Source of the DNA: Myxococcota bacterium | Lineage (GTDB): Bacteria > Myxococcota_A > UBA9160 > SZUA-336 | Direction of reading: 5' to 3' | NCBI GenBank assembly: GCA_965247115.1 | Contig: CBDFGR010000003.1 | Coordinates: 544,001 to 608,000 of the forward strand | Length of the DNA: 64,000 nucleotides | Notes under the pieces: generated by a model | Database searches by the model: none | Seen by the model: the letters and a program-made list of their open reading frames with translations, nothing else | Told to the model about the DNA's origin: nothing | In this document: piece by piece, positions 55,083 through 64,000 of the stretch | Position numbering within the stretch: the stretch's first letter is position 1 | Layout of the letters: every line of letters begins with the position of its first letter | Translations under genes and position numbers: made by a program

Positions 55083-57395
55083 GTGCAGGACTTCGACTCC
55101 CTGGCCGCGAAGCTGGCGGGGGACCGGCACGTGCTGGTGCCAGACTTACCGGGCTTCGGCCACTCGACGCGGGAGCTTCCCGACTACTCCTCGCGGACGC
55201 ACGCGCGCTACCTCCTGGCCCTACTCGACCAGCTCGGCGTCGCGCGCGCCCATCTGGTCGGCTTCAGCATGGGCGGAGCCGTGGCTCTGAGCGCAGCCGA
55301 CCTCGCACCCGCGCGCGTGGCCTCGATCACGTTGGTCGCCTCGATCGGCGTCCAGGAGTTCGAGCTCTTGGGTAGCTATCATTTGAACCGTCTGGTTCAC
55401 GCGCTCCAGCTCGGTGCCGTCTGGACACTCGAGAAGGCGGTGCCGCACATGGGTCTGCTCGAGCACAGCCCGCTCGGCATCCCGTACGCTCGGAACTTCT
55501 TCGATTCGGACCAGCGCCCGTTGCGCGCCATATTGGAGCGCTACCGGGCTCCCATGCTGATCATCCACGGCCGCAGCGACCTGCTCGTTCCCGTGGCGGC
55601 GGCGCTGGAACACCAACGACTGGTCCCGCAGAGCGAGCTCGAGCTGTTGCAAGGCGGTCACCTGCTCCTGTTTCGGGACTCCGACCGGGTCAAGGAGCGC
55701 CTACTCCGATTCGTGCGGGACGTCGAGAGCGGCCGAGCGCGCACGCGCGCTCGCGCCGCTCCGGAGCGCGTGGCGCGGGCCCAGCTCCCCTTCGACCGCT
55801 CTCAGGCCGGACCGCAGGGACTGCTCGGCTTCCTTGCATTCTTCCTGCTGGTCTTTGCAGCCTCGATGATCAGCGAGGACCTGACGTGCATTGGTGCGGG
55901 GATGCTGGTCGGCGCCGGACAGATCGGCTTCCCGACAGCGACGCTCGCATGTGTGGTCGCGCTCTTTGCAGGGGACCTTCTGCTCTACGTTGTCGGACGC
56001 GTGTTCGGTCGGGCGGCGCTCTCCGTTCCGGGTCTCTCCCGAGTCGCTGCATCGGGCCTGGACCGAACCGCGGCGCGCCTGCGCACGTCCGGTGCGGCCG
56101 TGATCCTGGCCAGCCGCTTCTTGCCCGGCACCCGCCTCGTGACCTATCTCGCCGCAGGTGTGACGCGCTACCCCGTGACTACCTTCGCCTGCTATCTCCT
56201 GATCGCGGCCCTGCTCTGGACGCCGGTCCTGGTCGGATTCAGCGCGCTCGTGGGCACACTCGCCTTTGAATATTTTGCCGTCTTCGAGCGCTACGCCCTA
56301 CCGGCCGTGCTCGGCCTCGCGATCGCGGTCCTGCTGACGGCTCGTTGCCTCGTACCGCTCTGGAGCTTCCGTGGCCGCCGGCTGCTGCTCGGAAGCTGGC
56401 GTCGGCTCACGCGCTTCGAATTCTGGCCGATGTGGGTGTTCTACCCGCCAGTCGCGCTGTGGATCGCAGCGCTCGCACTACGGCATCGCAGCCTGCGCGT
56501 AGTCACCTCGGTCAATCCGGCGATCGAGGGCGGCGGCCTTGTCGGAGAGTCGAAGTGGCGCATCCTCCAGGGGTTGTCCGAGTCGGCGGAATTCGTGGCG
56601 CGCGGCGCACTCCTTGCGCGGGGGAGCGATCGACTGGCCCAGGTGTTCGAGTTTCTCGCCGAGAACGGCGCCCGCTTCCCGGTCGTACTCAAGCCCGACG
56701 TCGGCGAGCGCGGGAAGGACGTCGAGATCGTACGCAACCGCGCCCAGCTCGAGGCCTACCTCGGCGCGCACCCGCCGGACTCGATCGTTCAGGAGTACGT
56801 ACCCGGCGCCGAGTTCGGGATCTTCTACTACCGCCACCCCGACTCCGAACGCGGCGAGATCCTGTCGATCACGGAGAAGCGCATGCTCGAGGTCGTAGGG
56901 GACGGCCGGCGCACGCTCGAGGAGCTCATCCTGCTGGATCCGCGAGCGGTCTGCATGGCGCCGCGCCATCTGACCGTTCATCAGAGTCGTCTCGACTGCG
57001 TGCTCCCTCCGGGCGAAGTCCGGCGCCTGACGGAGGTCGGGACCCATTCCCTGGGAGCGCTGTTCCTGGACGGCGGGTGGGCGTGGAGTACGGAGCTCGC
57101 GGATCGCTTTGATCGCATAAGCCGCGCGTACACCGGCTTCTTCTTCGGACGCTACGACGTGCGCGCCCCCGACCTGGCTGCTTTTCGGCTGGGCCACGCT
57201 TTCCGGATCGTCGAGCTCAATGGCCTCACCTCGGAGGCTACGCACATCTATGATCCGAAGAACAGCCTCTTCGAGGCTTATCGCGTGTTGTTCCACCAGT
57301 GGCAAATCGCCTTCGAGATCGGCGCGGCAAATCGCGCTCGCGGTCACGAGCCGCTAGGTTTCCGTGAGGGCCTCCGACTCGTGCTCCGTCGGTAA
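55083..57395 (+). CDS. Alpha/beta hydrolase - DedA/VTT - ATP-grasp fusion; true start probably upstream
   Basis: PDLPGFG, GFSMGG, HGRSD, GGH; SEDLTCI...SRFLPGTR (DedA); FPVVLKPDVGERG, QEYV, GRYDVR, ELNGLTSE (ATP-grasp). Confidence 0.88.
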   Translation: MQDFDSLAAKLAGDRHVLVPDLPGFGHSTRELPDYSSRTHARYLLALLDQLGVARAHLVGFSMGGAVALSAADLAPARVASITLVASIGVQEFELLGSYHLNRLVHALQLGAVWTLEKAVPHMGLLEHSPLGIPYARNFFDSDQRPLRAILERYRAPMLIIHGRSDLLVPVAAALEHQRLVPQSELELLQGGHLLLFRDSDRVKERLLRFVRDVESGRARTRARAAPERVARAQLPFDRSQAGPQGLLGFLAFFLLVFAASMISEDLTCIGAGMLVGAGQIGFPTATLACVVALFAGDLLLYVVGRVFGRAALSVPGLSRVAASGLDRTAARLRTSGAAVILASRFLPGTRLVTYLAAGVTRYPVTTFACYLLIAALLWTPVLVGFSALVGTLAFEYFAVFERYALPAVLGLAIAVLLTARCLVPLWSFRGRRLLLGSWRRLTRFEFWPMWVFYPPVALWIAALALRHRSLRVVTSVNPAIEGGGLVGESKWRILQGLSESAEFVARGALLARGSDRLAQVFEFLAENGARFPVVLKPDVGERGKDVEIVRNRAQLEAYLGAHPPDSIVQEYVPGAEFGIFYYRHPDSERGEILSITEKRMLEVVGDGRRTLEELILLDPRAVCMAPRHLTVHQSRLDCVLPPGEVRRLTEVGTHSLGALFLDGGWAWSTELADRFDRISRAYTGFFFGRYDVRAPDLAAFRLGHAFRIVELNGLTSEATHIYDPKNSLFEAYRVLFHQWQIAFEIGAANRARGHEPLGFREGLRLVLRR

Positions 57396-57450
57396 CTCCG
57401 CGCCCCGCCGCAACGTAGTGGGAACGGACGAACCGCTAGGAGGAAGATTC

Positions 57451-57915
57451 ATGACAAGCAAGCTCATCTATCGAATCACCGCAGGAACCGCGTTCGCACT
57501 ATTGCTCTGCTACGCACCGCAGGCAGCGGCGGTAGATCCGATCTACACCGGGCTCTTCAGCTCGAAGGCCGTGAGTGGCTACGACGCGGTCGCTTACTTC
57601 GAGGTTGGTCAGCCCGTCAAGGGCTCCGACGAGCACGCCTACGAATGGATGAGCGCGACTTGGCGGTTTTCGAACGCCGAGAATCTGGCGCTCTTCAAGG
57701 GCGATCCCGAACGCTACGCTCCGAGGTACGGCGGCTACTGCGCCTATGCGGTCAGTCGGGGCAGCACGGCCTCGGCCGATCCGGCAGCCTGGTCGATTGT
57801 CGACGGAAGGCTCTACCTCAACTACTCGCTCGACATCCGGGAGCAGTGGCAGGAGGACACCGCGGAGAACATACGCAAGGCCGACGAGCAGTGGCCTGCC
57901 CTCCTGGCCGACTGA
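57451..57915 (+). CDS. Secreted YHS-domain protein, Cys form
   Basis: Signal peptide; GYDAVAYF, WRFSNAEN, PRYGGYCAYAV, IVDGRLYLN. Confidence 0.9.
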   Translation: MTSKLIYRITAGTAFALLLCYAPQAAAVDPIYTGLFSSKAVSGYDAVAYFEVGQPVKGSDEHAYEWMSATWRFSNAENLALFKGDPERYAPRYGGYCAYAVSRGSTASADPAAWSIVDGRLYLNYSLDIREQWQEDTAENIRKADEQWPALLAD

Positions 57916-57955
57916 ACGAGTCAGAGATCCGGATCACTCCGGCGGCCGTCCGCTT

Positions 57956-59293
57956 TCAGCTGCTTGCCCAGAGGGAGCTCGTGGATGGGCTCGTCAGCGC
58001 ACTGCGTTGCCATGTGGCCTGCGTCGAGAGAGACACACCAAAGTATCTGGGGACCTCGACTCCCTGCAAGCGCAGGATGAGAGCCACGATGGCAAAGTGG
58101 TGGACCGCGTGACTGCCAAGAAAGGCCAGCTCGCGGGACAAGTTGGAGGCAAGCCAGGCTTCGTCTCGTCCCGCTGCCGGGGCCTCCAGTCGGACCTGGA
58201 GCTCGAGGCTCGGCAGAAACACGAGCTCGCTCCGCACGCTCTCGAGGATGCGCGAGAGACGAACGCGTGCCTCTGCGGAGTGGCGGGCGAGCTGCTGCGC
58301 ACGCGGGCGGCGATCATAGTCAATGCGTCGGGCGCGCACACCTCGGATCAGGCAGTCGAAGGTTTCCAGCACGTGACGCACCTGGTCGCCTACGGTCCCG
58401 TGCTCGAAACCCGGCACTCCACAGCGGAAGCGCTCAGGCTCGAGCTCAGAGAGGAGCCCGTCCAGCTGCTCGAGCAGCTCGACACACTGCGCCGTCTCGC
58501 GCTGAACCTCGCTGATCATCGGCGTGGGCATGCGCGGGTGCCGCGCGACGTGGGTGGCAATCGTTCGCTGGGCGTCTCGCGCGAGGACCTTGCGATCGAA
58601 TCCCGAGAGGAGCTTTGAAGAGAAGGAGATGCGCGCGTCGAAGCCCGGCAGGCGCAGGAGCTGCCACGCGTGAGTGCCGAAGGTCATGTCGGCCCACCAA
58701 CACACCGCGAGTGCGGCCGGATTCTCGCCCCCTTCCGTTGCGTAGGCGAGACTCGCGCAGGCGACCGGAGCCTCGGCGCGCAGCGCCGCCTCGAACAGCG
58801 CGGAGCGAAACCGAAGCACACTCTCGCCCGGAGTGCTGGTTCCTTCCGGGAACAGGATCACGCGCTCCCCAGCGCGGAGCGTTCGCACCATGTCGTCGAT
58901 CGCCGGCAGGACGCCGCGGAGCCGCCTCCGGTCCACGAAGACCGTACCCACGAAGTGGCACAGCGCCCCGATGCCCGGCCAGCTTGCGATCTCGGTCTTC
59001 GCCACGAAGGTCCCGGGGGCGCTTGCAAGCAGCGCCACGACGTCGACGTAGCTCAGGTGATTTGCGACCAGCAGCGAGGCGCGCGGGGGAGGTTCGCCCT
59101 CGACGCGGATCTGCATGCCGATCAGGCGCACACTCACGCGGGCCCAGACCCTCATGAGGTGACACCGAGCGCGGGCACATGGCGCGGAGCGACCGACCAG
59201 CGCTATCGAGACCGCGAGCTGACAGCAGACTAGCGCGAGCGTCCACAGTACGAGTCCGGTTGCTCGCGCGAGCGCGCGAGCGTCAGCCGGCAT
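57956..59293 (-). CDS. PlsC/OlsA-like acyltransferase fused in frame to a DinB-like domain
   Basis: ANHLSYVD, FVAKTEI, FPEGTST; then GDQVRHVLE, IDYDRRPR, RELAFLGSHAVHH, FGV. Confidence 0.82.
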   Translation of the reverse strand: MPADARALARATGLVLWTLALVCCQLAVSIALVGRSAPCARARCHLMRVWARVSVRLIGMQIRVEGEPPPRASLLVANHLSYVDVVALLASAPGTFVAKTEIASWPGIGALCHFVGTVFVDRRRLRGVLPAIDDMVRTLRAGERVILFPEGTSTPGESVLRFRSALFEAALRAEAPVACASLAYATEGGENPAALAVCWWADMTFGTHAWQLLRLPGFDARISFSSKLLSGFDRKVLARDAQRTIATHVARHPRMPTPMISEVQRETAQCVELLEQLDGLLSELEPERFRCGVPGFEHGTVGDQVRHVLETFDCLIRGVRARRIDYDRRPRAQQLARHSAEARVRLSRILESVRSELVFLPSLELQVRLEAPAAGRDEAWLASNLSRELAFLGSHAVHHFAIVALILRLQGVEVPRYFGVSLSTQATWQRSALTSPSTSSLWASS

Positions 59294-60134
59294 AGTGGTT
59301 GCGCTTCGCGACATCCATCCGCTCGAGGTCGAAGAGGAGGAAGAAGTCGGCGGTTCCGAACTCGCTGTCGAGCGCTGGTTCGCTGCAGACCCGGGCGCCC
59401 ATCGCGAAGTACGCGCGAAACAGCGCGGGGATTGGGGCGGAGGTCGCAGGGCTCGAGGGAGCCCCTGGCACTGCGAATCGCGGCATCGGGCGTAGGCAAA
59501 GCGTGGGGTGCCCGCGACCCTGCGCGGCCAGCTCCGCGGCAGTGGCCCACGCGCAGGCGGGATCCCTTGTCGCGATCGAGCTGCAGCCAAACAGGTAGCG
59601 CTTGCGGTTGTGGAGCATATAGGCACCGATCCCGCGCCAGAGCAGCTCGAGCAGGCGCCGTCTGCGATGGGACTTCTCGATGCAGACGCGGCCCAGCTCC
59701 ACTCCTCTGCCCTCGATCTCAGCGGGCAACGGGCGCAGGTCGAACTCGCGAGCGGAGTAGAAGCCGCCACCCAGCCTGGCGAGCTCGGCAGTCTGGAGCC
59801 GACAGGTGGCAACCGGGTCACCGGTCGCGCGCTCGAGCGCTACCAGATGGTGGCAGGTCGCATCGAACTCGTCGGAGTCGAGCTCGAGCTCGAAGGAGCG
59901 CGAAGAGATGGCGCCGAGCTCTAGATTGAATACGCGGAAGCGCAGTCGCTGGATCGACAGAAGCTCCGCCTGGTCTCGGGCGAAGCGAACGACGTACCGA
60001 CCGGTCTGTACCTCCCAGTCCGGAATCGCCATGTCCAGAGGCGGATGCCCGATCTGTCCGTCCCCGACGGGGTCAAGCAAGGCCACCGGCTCCAGCTCCG
60101 GTTTAGGATTCTCCGCTTCTAGACACGGCTTCAA
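59283..60134 (-). CDS. GNAT N-acyltransferase, OlsB-like
   Basis: QRLRFRVFNLELG, DEFDATCHHL, GFYSAREF, ELGRVC, YLFGCSS, PALDSEFGTADF. Confidence 0.88.
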   Translation of the reverse strand: MKPCLEAENPKPELEPVALLDPVGDGQIGHPPLDMAIPDWEVQTGRYVVRFARDQAELLSIQRLRFRVFNLELGAISSRSFELELDSDEFDATCHHLVALERATGDPVATCRLQTAELARLGGGFYSAREFDLRPLPAEIEGRGVELGRVCIEKSHRRRRLLELLWRGIGAYMLHNRKRYLFGCSSIATRDPACAWATAAELAAQGRGHPTLCLRPMPRFAVPGAPSSPATSAPIPALFRAYFAMGARVCSEPALDSEFGTADFFLLFDLERMDVAKRNHYAG

Positions 60135-60380
60135 TACTCCGGCTCCTCTGAAGGCTGTTCTATCGTGATGATGGAGGCACGCCGCCGGTTACTGTAATTG
60201 ATGTGACCACACGCGCGAGCCCGGAGCGCATGCTCGCGGTGTACGTGGAGCCCCGGCTCCCGGAGGGGCTGCGAACCTGATCTCCTGGCCTGGCAGGACG
60301 AGATCTGGCGCAACTTTGAAACTCCCGCGGGCCCCGTGCATCGAGCAAACGAAGAAGGCGCTGTCGCGCGGAGGGATCGA

Positions 60381-62000
60381 ATGACAGCAATCAAGGTCGC
60401 GACCTGGAGCGAGCTCAAGCCATCCAGTCCGACGTACGCTCTGGTCGCGAACGTCGATCTGGTGGTGATCCGCTGGCCCGACCAGGATGAGGTCTCGGTG
60501 CTCTACGGGCGCTGTCTGCACCGTGGCGCCCTGCTCTCCGACGGGGAGGTGCGCGGCAAGGATCTGATCTGCGGCGTGCACCAGTGGGACTATCGCTACG
60601 AGACCGGGGTCAGCGCCTACAACCCAGCCGAGAAGCTCAAGCGCTTCCGCGGCTGGATCGACGACGATGGGGTCTGGGTGGACGAGGACGAGGTCGTGGC
60701 CTGGGAGCGGGAGCATCCGCAGGCCTACGACCGCGACGCTTACCAGGGACTCTACGCCGACCCGCATGGAACACCCGACGAGCCCTTCAACTTCTGGGTC
60801 CAGGAGCTCGCCGAGGTCGGTCTGCAGCGTCGAGGACACCACGGCCGCGTCGATGCGATGGGAGTGCCGCGCCATCTGCTCCCGGAGTGGGACGAGCTCC
60901 AGCTCCTTACCGCCCAGCTGCACCGAGTGCCGCTGCTCGACGCTGAGCCCGTCGCCACGGAGCTGGTGATCGGGCCCGAAGCGCGAAAGCCCCTGCGGCT
61001 CGACATCCCGCTGTTCGTGTCCGACATGAGCTTCGGCGCGCTCTCGGAAGAGGCAAAGATCTCCCTGGCCCGGGGTGCGGAGCTGGCTGGAACGGGGATC
61101 TGCTCGGGCGAGGGCGGCATGCTCCCCGAGGAGCAGAAGAGCAACAGCCGATACTTCTATGAGCTCGCCTCCGCACGCTTTGGCTTCAACATGGAGAAGC
61201 TCCGCGACGTACAGGCCTTCCACTTCAAAGGGGGCCAGGGCGCCAAGACCGGGACCGGTGGTCACCTGCCGGGGTCGAAGGTGGTCGGAAAGATCGCGGA
61301 AGTCCGTGGCCTCGAGCCCGGTCAGGACGCCATCTCTCCCTCTCGCTTCCCGGACTGGGACACGGTCGAGCACTTTCGCCGCTTCGCGGCCGAGGTCCGG
61401 GAGTGCACGGGAGGCATCCCCGTCGGTTTCAAGCTCTCGGCCCAGCACATCGAGCGCGACATCGAGGCCGCCCTGGAAGTCGGCGTGGACTACATCATCC
61501 TGGACGGCCGTGGCGGGGGCACAGGCGCCGCGCCCTTGATCTTCCGAAACAACATCTCGGTTCCCACCATTCCCGCGCTTGCTCGGGCGCGCCGTTGCCT
61601 AGACCGAGCAAAGCACCCCAACGTGACGTTGATCATCACAGGTGGCCTTCGCGTTCCCTCCGAGTTTGCCAAGGCCATGGCCCTTGGCGCAGACGGGGTG
61701 GCGCTCGCGAACTCGGCCATCCAGGCGATCGGCTGCCTGGGCATGCGCGCCTGCAACACGAACAACTGCCCGGTCGGCATCGCGACCCAGAAGCCGGAGC
61801 TGCGCGCGCGCATCGACATCCAGATCGCCGCGAAGCGACTCGAACGCTTCTTCCGGTCCTCGGTCGAGCTCATGCAGGTATTGGCCCGGGCCTGCGGGCG
61901 CCGTCACCTCAACGAGTTCGAGCTTGCGGACCTGACGACCTGGAATCGCGACATGGCGGCTCTCTCCGGGGTCTCCTACGCCGGGGTCACCCAGCCGTGA
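60381..62000 (+). CDS. Rieske domain fused to an FMN-binding glutamate-synthase-like domain
   Basis: CLHRG...CGVH; SDMSFGALS, SGEGG, QGAKTGTGGHLPG, DGRGGGTGA, CLGMRACNTNNCPVG. Confidence 0.9.
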   Translation: MTAIKVATWSELKPSSPTYALVANVDLVVIRWPDQDEVSVLYGRCLHRGALLSDGEVRGKDLICGVHQWDYRYETGVSAYNPAEKLKRFRGWIDDDGVWVDEDEVVAWEREHPQAYDRDAYQGLYADPHGTPDEPFNFWVQELAEVGLQRRGHHGRVDAMGVPRHLLPEWDELQLLTAQLHRVPLLDAEPVATELVIGPEARKPLRLDIPLFVSDMSFGALSEEAKISLARGAELAGTGICSGEGGMLPEEQKSNSRYFYELASARFGFNMEKLRDVQAFHFKGGQGAKTGTGGHLPGSKVVGKIAEVRGLEPGQDAISPSRFPDWDTVEHFRRFAAEVRECTGGIPVGFKLSAQHIERDIEAALEVGVDYIILDGRGGGTGAAPLIFRNNISVPTIPALARARRCLDRAKHPNVTLIITGGLRVPSEFAKAMALGADGVALANSAIQAIGCLGMRACNTNNCPVGIATQKPELRARIDIQIAAKRLERFFRSSVELMQVLARACGRRHLNEFELADLTTWNRDMAALSGVSYAGVTQP

Positions 62001-62028
62001 AGACGCCGACTTGCGGAGGAGCTGCGCG

Positions 62029-63990
62029 ATGACGAGGCAGGTCTGGTACAAAGCGCTCGAGCCCGACGAGCTCAAAGAAGGCCGCGTCAAGCCGATCACA
62101 TGCGGGCTCCGGACGCTGTGCCTCGCCCACTACCAGGGACAGTACTCCGCACTCGACAACAAGTGTCCGCACCAGGGCGGACCGCTCGGTGAGGGGTCGA
62201 TCGAGAAGGGTCTGCTGCGCTGTCCCTGGCACGGCTGGGACTTCGATCCCCTGAGCGGCGCGCCTCCCGGTGGCTACGATGACGGCGTCCCCACGTTCCC
62301 CGTCGACGTGCGAGCGGACGGCATCTACGTCCAGTTGGAGGAGGATCAGCCGAAGGTCGAGACGGTCAGCGACGTGATGGCCCAGACCATGACCAACTGG
62401 GGAGTGCGCTGGGTCTTCGGGATGGTGGGCCACTCGAACCTGGGCCTGGCCGACGCGCTGCGCGTTCAGGAGGAGCGGGGCGCCCTGGGCTACATCGGGA
62501 TTCGCCACGAAGGGGCCGCGTCCTTCGCCGCGTCGGCCTACGGCAAGCTCACCGGCCGCCCCGCGGCCTGCCTGGGCATCGCAGGCCCCGGCTCGACAAA
62601 TCTGTTGACCGGGCTCTGGGATGCGAACGTGGACCGTTCGCCGGTGCTGGCGCTCTCGGGGCAGGTCGACACGCAGGTGCTGGGGCCGGGCGCTTTCCAG
62701 GAAGTCGACCTTCAGGCCGTCTTCGGCAAGGTCGCGCAGTGGAGTCAGCCGGTCCTGCACACGAGTCGCTTCGCCGAGCTGATGAACCTGGCATGCAAGA
62801 GCGCCATCTTGCATCGCGGCGTCTCGCACCTGGTGTTCCCGGACGAGGTTCAGACGCTCCCGGCACCGGCCGGTAGCGAGCCGGGCAGTCCCGAGGGGCG
62901 GCTCACCTCGCGCGCGATCACGCCGCCAGAGGAGTCCGTAGAGGCCGCCCTCGCGCTGCTCGGGCGCTCGACCAGACCACTGATCATCGTGGGCCACGGC
63001 GCGCGCTTCCACATGCCAGAGATCACCGAGCTCGCCGAGGCGCTGCCGGCCCCGGTCATCACTACGTTCAAGGGCAAGGGGTTGATCTCCGACCGCCATC
63101 CCCTCGCGGGGGGTGTGCTGGGTCGCAGCGGCACTCCGATCGCCAGCTGGCTGATGAACGAGGCCGACGCGCTGCTCGTGCTCGGCGCGAGCTTCAGCAA
63201 TCACACGGGCATCACCGACAAGAAGCCGACCATCCAGGTCGACTTCGAGGCGCCTGCGCTCGGCAAGTTCCACGCTGTCGACGTTCCCGTCTGGGGGGAG
63301 ATCGGCGCCACCGTGAAGATTCTGCGCGACCGGCTCGTGCCTGCCGCGGGGGTCAACGATGCACCCGCAGAGGTCGCCGAGCGCTGGGCGATCTGGCGGG
63401 CAGAGAAGGAGCGGCGCCTGGCCGACCAGCGCGGCAAGGGCGTCAACTCGGCCTCGGTCTTCGCGGCCCTCACGCGCCAGGTCGCAGAGGACGCCATCAT
63501 CGCGGTCGACGTCGGCAACAACACCTACTCGTTCGGCCGCTACTTCGAGTGCGCCCGGCAGTCAGTCCTGATGAGCGGCTATTTGGGCTCGATTGGCTTT
63601 GGCCTGCCGGCGGCCATGGGCGCATGGGCCGCCACCCAGGAGGACGATCCGCGCTTCCGCGGCCGCCAGGTCGTGTCGATTTCAGGGGATGGTGGCTTCG
63701 GCCAGTACATGGCCGAGCTGCTCACCGCCGTGAAGTACGGCATGAACATCACGCACGTCCTGCTCAACAACGACCAGCTCGGCAAGATCTCGAAAGAACA
63801 GAAGGCAGGCAACTGGAACGTCTGGCAGACGTCGCTGCACAACCCAAACTTCGCGGAGTACGCAGAACTCTGCGGGGCTCGCGGCGTGCGGGTCACCGAA
63901 GCCGCGGAGCTCGACGATGCGCTCGCGGGGGCGCTCGCCCACGACGGGCCGAGCCTGGTCGAGGTCGTTGCAGACCCCGACCTGATCTGA
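62029..63990 (+). CDS. Rieske domain fused to a ThDP-dependent enzyme (pyruvate oxidase/acetolactate synthase family)
   Basis: CPHQGG...CPWHG; RHEGAASFA, GPGSTN, GDGGFG...NN. Confidence 0.92.
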   Translation: MTRQVWYKALEPDELKEGRVKPITCGLRTLCLAHYQGQYSALDNKCPHQGGPLGEGSIEKGLLRCPWHGWDFDPLSGAPPGGYDDGVPTFPVDVRADGIYVQLEEDQPKVETVSDVMAQTMTNWGVRWVFGMVGHSNLGLADALRVQEERGALGYIGIRHEGAASFAASAYGKLTGRPAACLGIAGPGSTNLLTGLWDANVDRSPVLALSGQVDTQVLGPGAFQEVDLQAVFGKVAQWSQPVLHTSRFAELMNLACKSAILHRGVSHLVFPDEVQTLPAPAGSEPGSPEGRLTSRAITPPEESVEAALALLGRSTRPLIIVGHGARFHMPEITELAEALPAPVITTFKGKGLISDRHPLAGGVLGRSGTPIASWLMNEADALLVLGASFSNHTGITDKKPTIQVDFEAPALGKFHAVDVPVWGEIGATVKILRDRLVPAAGVNDAPAEVAERWAIWRAEKERRLADQRGKGVNSASVFAALTRQVAEDAIIAVDVGNNTYSFGRYFECARQSVLMSGYLGSIGFGLPAAMGAWAATQEDDPRFRGRQVVSISGDGGFGQYMAELLTAVKYGMNITHVLLNNDQLGKISKEQKAGNWNVWQTSLHNPNFAEYAELCGARGVRVTEAAELDDALAGALAHDGPSLVEVVADPDLI

Positions 63991-64000
63991 GGCCGCAATG

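Noticed and set aside
57730..57750. Selenocysteine in the YHS protein
   Set aside because: The GGYC position is encoded by TGC (Cys), not TGA.
60195..60212. FNR/CRP-like box (TTGATGTGACCACA)
   Set aside because: The second half-site does not fit either consensus at the correct spacing.
60381..62000. gltB gene symbol
   Set aside because: Lacks the amidotransferase, central and GXGXG domains of the true large subunit.
904..63998. Many long antisense and alternate-frame ORFs in the track
   Set aside because: Expected shadows of high-GC coding sequence; no motifs, and they overlap well-supported genes.

Overview
High-GC bacterial chromosomal window. The gene repertoire (PhaR, ArsA pair, zinc-ribbon/DUF3426-like protein, MltD, dcw order) suggests a Myxococcota/deltaproteobacterial lineage; this is inference. 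Left part: MFS transporter, gamma-glutamyltransferase, an IS200-superfamily/RAYT-like HUH nuclease, a DUF2779-type protein, CoA-transferase, a divergent YchF-like ATPase, MltD, and a long minus-strand run (ppx, 2-PG kinase-like, M48 peptidase, AAA+/VWA pair, sppA, trmB, rlmN, phosphatase, acyl-CoA dehydrogenase). Middle: a ParA-glycogen-binding-domain fusion preceded by a ~240-nt highly base-paired leader, phosphomannomutase, tatA, an ArsA/PhaR/acyltransferase lipid locus, a deacetylase, and a dcw cluster from mraZ to ftsZ without ddl. Right: an uncharacterised cluster (ferric-reductase-Rieske fusion, Cys/His protein, hydrolase-DedA-ATP-grasp fusion, YHS protein, OlsB-like GNAT, acyltransferase-DinB fusion) and two Rieske-fused enzymes. 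Most notable: (1) a family of ~90-nt GTGG-footed, covarying multi-hairpin REP-like elements at four loci, each with a one-sided, orientation-dependent C-depleted tract that reaches into synonymous sites of the neighbouring gene, with similar tracts around the RAYT-like gene; (2) the candidate structured RNA plus ParA-CBM48 module; (3) the putative amino-lipid/redox cluster at 52-60 kb. No CRISPR array, rRNA or tRNA was recognised. All calls are from motif reading only; no database searches were run.
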